Assembly (NCBI GenBank): GCA_964399075.1
Contig: CAYNPK010000001.1
Span: 160,961-224,960 of the forward strand
Direction: 5' to 3'
Origin: an uncultured Candidatus Saccharibacteria bacterium
GTDB taxonomy: Bacteria > Patescibacteriota > Minisyncoccia > Phycocordibacterales > JACOZG01
Length of the DNA: 64,000 bases
Shown: positions 57,627-64,000 of the stretch, piece by piece
Position numbering within the stretch: the first letter of the stretch is position 1
Layout: every line of letters begins with the position of its first letter
Program-made: the position numbers and the translations under genes
The notes under the pieces: model-generated
What the model saw: only the letters and a program-made list of their open reading frames with translations
Databases searched by the model: none
Told to the model about the DNA's origin: nothing

Positions 57627-59426
57627 CTATTCGCCAGTTGAACTAATCATCTTTAAGAACACTTCCGGCGGAATATTCACCCGTCCTCTTGATTGCATCT
57701 TCTTTTTACCTTTCTTCTGTTTTTCTCTCAACTTCATCTTCCGAGTAATATCTCCACCGTAGAGATAATCCGTAACGTCTTTGCGCAAAGCGCTTAAAGT
57801 GCGCGAGGCAAGAATTCTTCCCAGGGCGCGAGCTTGAATTTTCACAATAATCAATTGACGAGGCAATAAATCTTTTAACTTTTCTGCTACGGCCTGAGCT
57901 TCTATCTCCACCTTTTTCCTAGCGACCATCCTGGTGAAAGCTGGCACCATTTCATCATTAACCAAGATATCTAACCTAACCACATCAGCTGGACGAAGTT
58001 CTCCAACTACATAAGAAAAAGAGGCGAAGCCGGAGGAAACACTTTTCAATTCATCAAAAAAATTACGCATCAGTTCCCGCAAGGGCAACTCAATCCGCAT
58101 TACAGTGCGATTGCGACCAAAATTATCTGTCGCTAGCAAAATTACCTCATGATCATTAAAGAGTTTAATCACTGATCCAAGATAATCCGGCGGGGTAATC
58201 ACTTGCGCCGAAACCCAAGGCTCGAGAACTTTAAGATGCTTCAGATCTTCAGGAAAAAGCGATGGCGAATAAACAAAACGCTCTTCTCCAGTGCGCTCGT
58301 CTTGGATCTGATAACCAATCGTTGGCGTAGCGGTAATTAAACGAACTTGATGCTCTCGCCTCAACCGTTCGGTAACAATTTCCAAGTGTAACAGTCCAAG
58401 AAAACCAGCCCGAAAACCGCGCCCCAAAATAATCGACGACTCTTCTTCGAAATAAAGCGAAGCGTCAGAAAGTCGCAAGCGTCCCAGAGCTTGTTTCAAA
58501 AGATTAAAATCTTTCTGATTTTCGGGATAGAGTGACGCCCAGACTACCGGTCGAGGCTCAGTGTAGCCGGGGAATAAAGGCAGGGGGCGATTTAACTTAA
58601 TAATCGTATCCCCCACTTTCGCCTGACCAGGATTCTTAATACCAGTGACAACATAGCCAATCTCACCAGCTCTCAATTGCTCCACAGAAACTTTTTCCGG
58701 ACGGAAAAGGCCAACTGAAGAGGCGATGAATTTCTCGCCCGTGGCCCCAAAGACTAGATTATCGCCCTTCTTAATCGAACCGTCAGCTACTCTAATATAA
58801 ACAATTAGTCCCTGATGATTAGAATATTCAAAGTCAAACACCAAAGCCCGCAAACCAGCGGTCTCGGGAAACTTTTCTTCCGGCGGTGGAACTCGCTCGA
58901 CAATTGCTTGTAACAATTCCGAGACACCAGCGCCAGTCTTACCAGAAACTGCCAAAATATCATCGCCATTGCAATTTAATAATTCAACTAATTCAGCCCT
59001 AGTCTCTTCCACTCTAGCTTGAGGTAAGTCAATTTTATTTAAAACCGGAATAACAGTTCGCCCCAAGTCTTGAGCTAGTGCTAAGACTGTCAAAGTCTGC
59101 GCCTGAACACCTTGAGCGGCATCAACCAACAGGATCACCCCCTCAACCGCCTCAAGAGCTCGAGAAACTTCGTAAGCAAAATCAACATGCCCCGGTGTAT
59201 CGATTAAATTTAAAATATACTCTTGACCAGCCTGCAAATAGCGCATTTTAATAGGTTGCATTTTAATCGTAATACCCCGTTCTCGTTCTAAATCCATCAT
59301 ATCTAGCACTTGATTCTTCATCTTCCGACGCTCAATAGTAGCCGTTTCTTCCAACAAACGATCGGCCAAGGTGCTTTTACCATGGTCAATGTGGGCAATA
59401 ATAGAAAAATTACGAATATTTTGCAT
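57627..59426 (-). CDS. lepA: elongation factor 4 (LepA)
   Basis: NFSIIAHIDHGKSTLADRLL, DTPGHVDF, LNKIDLP; LepA-specific C-terminal domain; 599 aa. Confidence 0.95.
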   Translation of the reverse strand: MQNIRNFSIIAHIDHGKSTLADRLLEETATIERRKMKNQVLDMMDLERERGITIKMQPIKMRYLQAGQEYILNLIDTPGHVDFAYEVSRALEAVEGVILLVDAAQGVQAQTLTVLALAQDLGRTVIPVLNKIDLPQARVEETRAELVELLNCNGDDILAVSGKTGAGVSELLQAIVERVPPPEEKFPETAGLRALVFDFEYSNHQGLIVYIRVADGSIKKGDNLVFGATGEKFIASSVGLFRPEKVSVEQLRAGEIGYVVTGIKNPGQAKVGDTIIKLNRPLPLFPGYTEPRPVVWASLYPENQKDFNLLKQALGRLRLSDASLYFEEESSIILGRGFRAGFLGLLHLEIVTERLRREHQVRLITATPTIGYQIQDERTGEERFVYSPSLFPEDLKHLKVLEPWVSAQVITPPDYLGSVIKLFNDHEVILLATDNFGRNRTVMRIELPLRELMRNFFDELKSVSSGFASFSYVVGELRPADVVRLDILVNDEMVPAFTRMVARKKVEIEAQAVAEKLKDLLPRQLIIVKIQARALGRILASRTLSALRKDVTDYLYGGDITRKMKLREKQKKGKKKMQSRGRVNIPPEVFLKMISSTGE

Positions 59427-59437
59427 GCCTTACCATC

Positions 59438-61114
59438 CTACAACCCTTCTTGCTCGGGAGCAATCACCCGAACTCGCCAGAATTTACGCTTAAGCGACGA
59501 CCCGATTTCAGCCAATTCTTGATTATTAAAATATTTTAGCGTCAAAAATAAAACACTTAAACCAAGCGCACCGGCAATCAAGCCCTGGAGAAAAATTCCC
59601 AAGAAAGTATTCTGATCAAACCAAACCACCAACCAGGTTAAAGTTTGATAACTAACAATCCCAGCCACCAGAGAGCTAATGATTGATTGGGAAACCGAAC
59701 GACTTACCTCTGGGCCAAAGTGTCCGAAGTCACGCTGGAAAAATCGCCACAATAAAATCGCGTTAAAAGTAACCCCGAGAGAGAAACTCAAAGGCAACAT
59801 GAGAATGGCCGTGCCGGACAGATTTTCCACTCTTAATAAGCGTTCGATTAATTCTCGCCAAAATAAATTATGCTTAAATAAGAAAAGGAGAAACAGCGCC
59901 AAAACAGCAATCAAGATGGCTGATAAAATATTAATGACCAGTGGCGCGCGAGTCCGACCACAAGCGTAATAACCGCGAGCTAATAACAAAATAATACTTT
60001 GACCAACCAGCGCGAGAGCAAACAAGGCAAGAGCGGCGGCGGTCAGTCTAGTGTTTGACCAACCAAAATTACCAGCGCCCAAAATTACTCGAACAATTTG
60101 GGCTCGCAAAACAATCAATAGCGCCGTAGCCGGGATGGCCCAAAAAATAATATGACGCAAAGCCACGGTGATTTGGACTAAAAAGCGATCAACTTCGCCT
60201 CGAGAAAATAATTGAGCCAAGGTGGGAAAAGCAGCGACAGAATAACTCACCCCAATTACGGCTAGAGGAACAGAGTGCAAGTTCATTGATAAATTAAAAA
60301 TCGCCACCGATCCGGCGCCCAAGAATGAAGCGAAAGCAATCAGAAGCAATAAAGAGAGCTGGTTGGCGCTCAAAGCGAGCGTTCGTGGTAGAGAAATAAC
60401 CACAACTCGTCGTAGCTCTGACCAAGCGGGACGAAAATTTAAGTAAGGAGTTAAGCCACTTTTTATAATTGTCGGCAATTGGATGGCTAAATGGAGGCTA
60501 GCGCCCAGAATTACCCCCCAGGCCAAGCCCGGCAAACCAAGCCGTGGATAGAACCACAAAATACCGACAATAATGCCAATATTGTAAAGCAAGGGGCTTA
60601 GAGCATAGATAAAAAACTTACGCAGAGACTGGGTTACCGCTCCCAATAAATTAGATAGCCCCAACAAAAATGGCGACAATAGCATAATCCTAGTTAAAGT
60701 CGTGAGATCGGCTTGCTGACTAGCGCTAAAGCCGGGCGCAACAACTTTGGTCAAAAATGGAGCAAAAATAAGAAGTAAAAAACTAACCACAATCATCACA
60801 ACAATGAAAGCGGTGAAAACTTGACTAAGAAATTGTCGCGCTTGGGGACGATCTTTTTCTAAAAAATTCAAAAGAAGAGGGATAAGCACGGTCACCGAAA
60901 CAAAAGAAGCAATAGAAACATAAACCAAATCAGGTAAACGAAAAGCGGCATAATAAACGTCCAACTCCTGACCGGCACCAAATTTGGAAGCCAACAAACG
61001 ATCACGAATCAAAGCCAAGAATTGCGAAGCAAGCGAAGAAAGGCCGAGTAAAAGCGCTGCTTGATGAAGGCCGTTTAATTCTCGACCTAACCAATTTAAG
61101 ATTCGCTCAACCAT
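59438..61114 (-). CDS. murJ: lipid II flippase MurJ (MviN family)
   Basis: 14-TM MOP-superfamily protein with MurJ-like N-terminus (LLASKFGAGQELDVYYAAFRLPDL). Confidence 0.85.
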   Translation of the reverse strand: MVERILNWLGRELNGLHQAALLLGLSSLASQFLALIRDRLLASKFGAGQELDVYYAAFRLPDLVYVSIASFVSVTVLIPLLLNFLEKDRPQARQFLSQVFTAFIVVMIVVSFLLLIFAPFLTKVVAPGFSASQQADLTTLTRIMLLSPFLLGLSNLLGAVTQSLRKFFIYALSPLLYNIGIIVGILWFYPRLGLPGLAWGVILGASLHLAIQLPTIIKSGLTPYLNFRPAWSELRRVVVISLPRTLALSANQLSLLLLIAFASFLGAGSVAIFNLSMNLHSVPLAVIGVSYSVAAFPTLAQLFSRGEVDRFLVQITVALRHIIFWAIPATALLIVLRAQIVRVILGAGNFGWSNTRLTAAALALFALALVGQSIILLLARGYYACGRTRAPLVINILSAILIAVLALFLLFLFKHNLFWRELIERLLRVENLSGTAILMLPLSFSLGVTFNAILLWRFFQRDFGHFGPEVSRSVSQSIISSLVAGIVSYQTLTWLVVWFDQNTFLGIFLQGLIAGALGLSVLFLTLKYFNNQELAEIGSSLKRKFWRVRVIAPEQEGL

Positions 61115-61202
61115 TTGCTAGCATAGTAACGAAAATATTGAGGTTCTGCAACAAAAAATCAAAAATCCCCCACCATTTAGGTGAGAGATTTCTGATTTTA
61201 AT

Positions 61203-61651
61203 GACTCCGCGCCGATAAGCCGAATTCTGTTCCGTCTTCCGTAGGATGACGAATGATGATTATTTATCTAGCCCCTCAATTACTATCGGGGTCAAGCGGC
61301 ACTTCCTTAGGAAAACTTGCGTCCTCCCAAAGACACGGCCTTGCAACAGGTAGGGTTTGCCGAGTAGATCGCCTCGCGACGATTCTTCTATTGTGGCTTC
61401 CCACTTAAGAGAAACCTCGATAGACTTTTCACCTTTCTCCATCAATTAAATAAATTAACTGATGGATAGTATTGTCTCTGTGGCACTTTCCCTCCGACCA
61501 TGTCACCATGGTCGGGGTGGGGATTACCCACTACCATCTTCCCTGCCCTGATCTGAAACAGTCAGAACAAGGGTTGTTCGGACTTTCCTCTATTATCACT
61601 CCGTCGTCAATGACGACGGAGTGATAATAGCAATCATCTGGCGCGAAGCCT
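61203..61651 (-). ncRNA. rnpB: RNase P RNA (bacterial type A-like)
   Basis: Minus strand carries GAGGAAAGUCCGAAC (P4 5' strand), AUCAGGGCAGGGAAG...GGUAAUCCCCACC (P10-P12 region), ACAGAAUUCGGCUUAUCGG (P4 3' strand), and an 11-bp P1 pairing of the 5' and 3' ends; 18-bp P3 hairpin; overlaps the spurious ORF 61260-61445. Confidence 0.75.
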
Positions 61652-61657
61652 TATTGA

Positions 61658-61689
61658 TTATACCATAATCTGCTAGAAAAACAATCAAA
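61658..61689 (-). promoter_or_regulatory. candidate extended -10 promoter (TGgTATAAT) for rnpB
   Basis: Minus strand TTGATT-N20-TGGTATAAT, ending 7 nt before the inferred RNase P RNA 5' end. Confidence 0.35.
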
Positions 61690-61692
61690 AAA

Positions 61693-63993
61693 TTAATTCT
61701 GAACCCCGTTATCGGTTGCTGGAGTTACATCAATCTCACAGACACCAGAGACGCAGGCTAATTCTTTAGAACCGGTAGTGCGATCATCGTGCTCATAAAG
61801 AACGATTTTAGAAAAATCAATTTCTGGAAAATTCTGAACTAATTCACGATAACGCGCTTCGTCAATTTCCTCATAAGGCGCTAAGCGATAGACGTGATCA
61901 TTCCGAGGCAAGAAAGAGAGGCCGCCAACCAGATCCCAATTTTCATAAACCCAATTAGCCACTTGCAACCACTCATCATTGCCAATAGACACTGTTGTGG
62001 ATGGATTATGCTCGGTGTAACTTTCCTTCAACATCTTCCAATGTTCCAATTGCTGAAGAGCGGTTAAATCATTCTTAAAGATTGATCCCTTGGGAGCCTT
62101 AACGGGAAATTCTAAAACGAAGGTAGTAGCCGTATCCAAAGTTTGACCAACTTCGGGATGATGAGGCACTCCCATATCCCGCAACATTAAGAAAAGTGGA
62201 TTGTGATTTTCAATTCTCACTCGGCGAATATAGTAAGGCGCGTGACGTGGATGCATCCCTGAAGAAGAATCAAACAGTTGCGAACCATTGCCGGAAGGCT
62301 TAACACAAGTAATACAAGTGGAAGGATTAATACCAAACCGCGAGGCGTACTGACGATTAGTTTCTATGGCGACCTCCTTCATTTTGCGCAAAGTGTGAGC
62401 GTTACGCACCGCCGGACAATCAAATTGACCGGTAATTGATACGCCTAAGAGCGCTTCCTCCTCGCAATTCTTCTTCCATTCTCGAGATAAATATGGGAAT
62501 TTGGTTAGAGTTGCTTGATAAGTACCCAAGATCGCCGCAATTCTAACTTTTTTCAAAAGTGTTTCTTCAGTATCTTCTGATCGGGCAACCACTTCAGACA
62601 AATTACAAAATTGTTTTGACTTTAGAATAATTTCGCCACAAGGATTAGTCCCGCAAGTATCAACATCAGCTTTGAAGATCGGCCAACGACGAGCCGGTAA
62701 TTGTCGTTGTAAACCACCACGATTAAAGATACCCCGCTCACCGGAACCGGACTTAACCAAACTAACCCACTCATCCAAAAATTGCTCCAGAGTTGGCTTC
62801 TGATTATAAACAGCCGAATTGTTAGCCATACTCCGTTGAGGATTAGTCAAATAAAATTGACCGTTTTTCGCATCACGCATTTCTGGATCATCTAAGTCAG
62901 ACAGGGAGATAAGGGCGCTCCTCCGCACTCCGCCAGAAACCACTACCTCGCCGGTTTTACAAACAATATCATGAGCATCAACCGTTGTGAGACGACGACC
63001 CTGTCGCTTCAACATTTTCTCTTTTGTAAAATCAAGCAAGGCTCTTAAGGGAGCCGGCCCGGAAGCTCTACCACCCATGGTGGCTAAGCGACTACCTTGA
63101 GCTCTAATTTGAGAATAGTCAAAAATAACGTCATTGCCTTCGGACCAAGTCTTCAAACCAAAGACGAAGGCGTCCGCCCAACCCTCCTTACTATCGGCAA
63201 TAACATACTGAAAAGGTTTAGCCTCAACTTGTTTCTGAATCACCGGTAAACGCTCGATAGTTTGATGCTCAACAGAAAATCCAACCCCAGTACCACACAT
63301 GAGAATATACATTATTTCCGCAAAGTCTGACCAACGACTAGGCGCCACAAAAGAACAATTGTAAGCACAGACATTAGTTGTCCTAGCCGCCTTACCAGCT
63401 GACCACAACAGACGCATGGAACCAAGAGTCGACATCTCCATCATGTAATCTCGAATTTCTGTGTATTCCGCTTCTTTTAACTTATTACCTAAATTCTCAC
63501 GCATAAAGTCAATGTAACGATCAATAGTTTCCACCCAAGTCTCACGACGATGTTTCTCTGGTATCCACTTAGAATAGGTGGAGTAGTATACAAATTCAGA
63601 CAACTGACTCCGGAAGTGCTTTTTACTTTCTTTAGCTAATTCTTTTACTTCACGAGGCACCTCACCTTTTTGCTGACGCAATTCTGCTCGACGTTGGCGG
63701 TATAAGATATAAGACTTTGATGCCTTCACAAAGCCCTGGATAATCAATTGAGCCTCAACTAAATCTTGAACCCCCTCAACAGTGGGAATAAATTTACCAA
63801 CCGAGTGTTTAGTTGCCTTAAGTAAGTCTTTTACCACCAAATCAGCCACTTTATTAGCGTCTTTCTCTGTTCCATTCCCACTGGCGCGCATAGCTTTCCA
63901 AGTGGCATTTTCTATTCGACCTCGATCAAAGGCAACAACGACCCCATCGCGTTTTCTAATTTTTTTCAAAGTGGGAACCGTTCGCTTGACCAA
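61693..63993 (-). CDS. nrdJ: class II (adenosylcobalamin-dependent) ribonucleotide reductase with N-terminal ATP-cone
   Basis: ATP-cone KRDGVVVAFDRGRI, thiyl-radical loop TNPCGEI, C-terminal Cys pair ACVSGVCE; no glycyl-radical motif; N-terminus lies at the window edge. Confidence 0.7.
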   Translation of the reverse strand: MVKRTVPTLKKIRKRDGVVVAFDRGRIENATWKAMRASGNGTEKDANKVADLVVKDLLKATKHSVGKFIPTVEGVQDLVEAQLIIQGFVKASKSYILYRQRRAELRQQKGEVPREVKELAKESKKHFRSQLSEFVYYSTYSKWIPEKHRRETWVETIDRYIDFMRENLGNKLKEAEYTEIRDYMMEMSTLGSMRLLWSAGKAARTTNVCAYNCSFVAPSRWSDFAEIMYILMCGTGVGFSVEHQTIERLPVIQKQVEAKPFQYVIADSKEGWADAFVFGLKTWSEGNDVIFDYSQIRAQGSRLATMGGRASGPAPLRALLDFTKEKMLKRQGRRLTTVDAHDIVCKTGEVVVSGGVRRSALISLSDLDDPEMRDAKNGQFYLTNPQRSMANNSAVYNQKPTLEQFLDEWVSLVKSGSGERGIFNRGGLQRQLPARRWPIFKADVDTCGTNPCGEIILKSKQFCNLSEVVARSEDTEETLLKKVRIAAILGTYQATLTKFPYLSREWKKNCEEEALLGVSITGQFDCPAVRNAHTLRKMKEVAIETNRQYASRFGINPSTCITCVKPSGNGSQLFDSSSGMHPRHAPYYIRRVRIENHNPLFLMLRDMGVPHHPEVGQTLDTATTFVLEFPVKAPKGSIFKNDLTALQQLEHWKMLKESYTEHNPSTTVSIGNDEWLQVANWVYENWDLVGGLSFLPRNDHVYRLAPYEEIDEARYRELVQNFPEIDFSKIVLYEHDDRTTGSKELACVSGVCEIDVTPATDNGVQN

Positions 63994-64000
63994 TTTTGGA

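Noticed and set aside
61260-61445. 61-aa ORF
   Set aside because: Lies entirely within the RNase P RNA gene.
1-64000. CRISPR arrays
   Set aside because: No regularly spaced short direct repeats were seen in any intergenic region.

Overview
This is a low-GC (~38-42%), gene-dense bacterial window. It looks like a Patescibacteria/CPR-type genome; that is an inference from the short 506-aa IF-2, the archaeal-type AspRS, weak Shine-Dalgarno use and arrays of small pilin-like proteins. Most of it is housekeeping. An ABC-2 transporter, clpB, an HtrA-like protein, SOD, a cysteine desulfurase, infB-rbfA, typA, gyrA, an S1-domain protein, pth, lepB and hisS are recognisable. The division cluster rpsU-ybeY-ftsA-ftsZ-trxB-murA is present, as are tsaD, prsW, Hsp20, glutaredoxin, aspS, lepA, murJ and a class II B12-dependent RNR. 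There are nine tRNAs (Cys, Leu-TAA, Lys-CTT, Leu-TAG, Glu, Ser-CGA, Val, Phe, Gly-CCC) and an unannotated RNase P RNA. Three compositionally foreign GC-rich islands stand out. (1) 19.98-25.43 kb holds a B12-binding radical SAM/DUF4070 gene, an SPFH-like protein and a His6-tract membrane protein, with tRNA-Lys/Leu in the middle. (2) 37.74-38.32 kb is a ~60% GC cold-shock-domain gene. (3) 52.55-56.75 kb encodes a small ORF, an AsnRS-like protein, a second AspRS paralog and an amidohydrolase-2 enzyme. The native, low-GC aspS is preceded by a recognisable T-box leader. Other notable loci are a tyrosine recombinase beside tRNA-Ser with a racemase gene bracketed by 27-bp inverted repeats, a five-gene tandem array of TrbC/VirB2-like small membrane proteins, a DUF134/DUF5320 pair, an HtrA-like pseudoprotease, and an AT-rich HEPN-like orphan gene. 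Manually placed coordinates are approximate (+/-2 nt).
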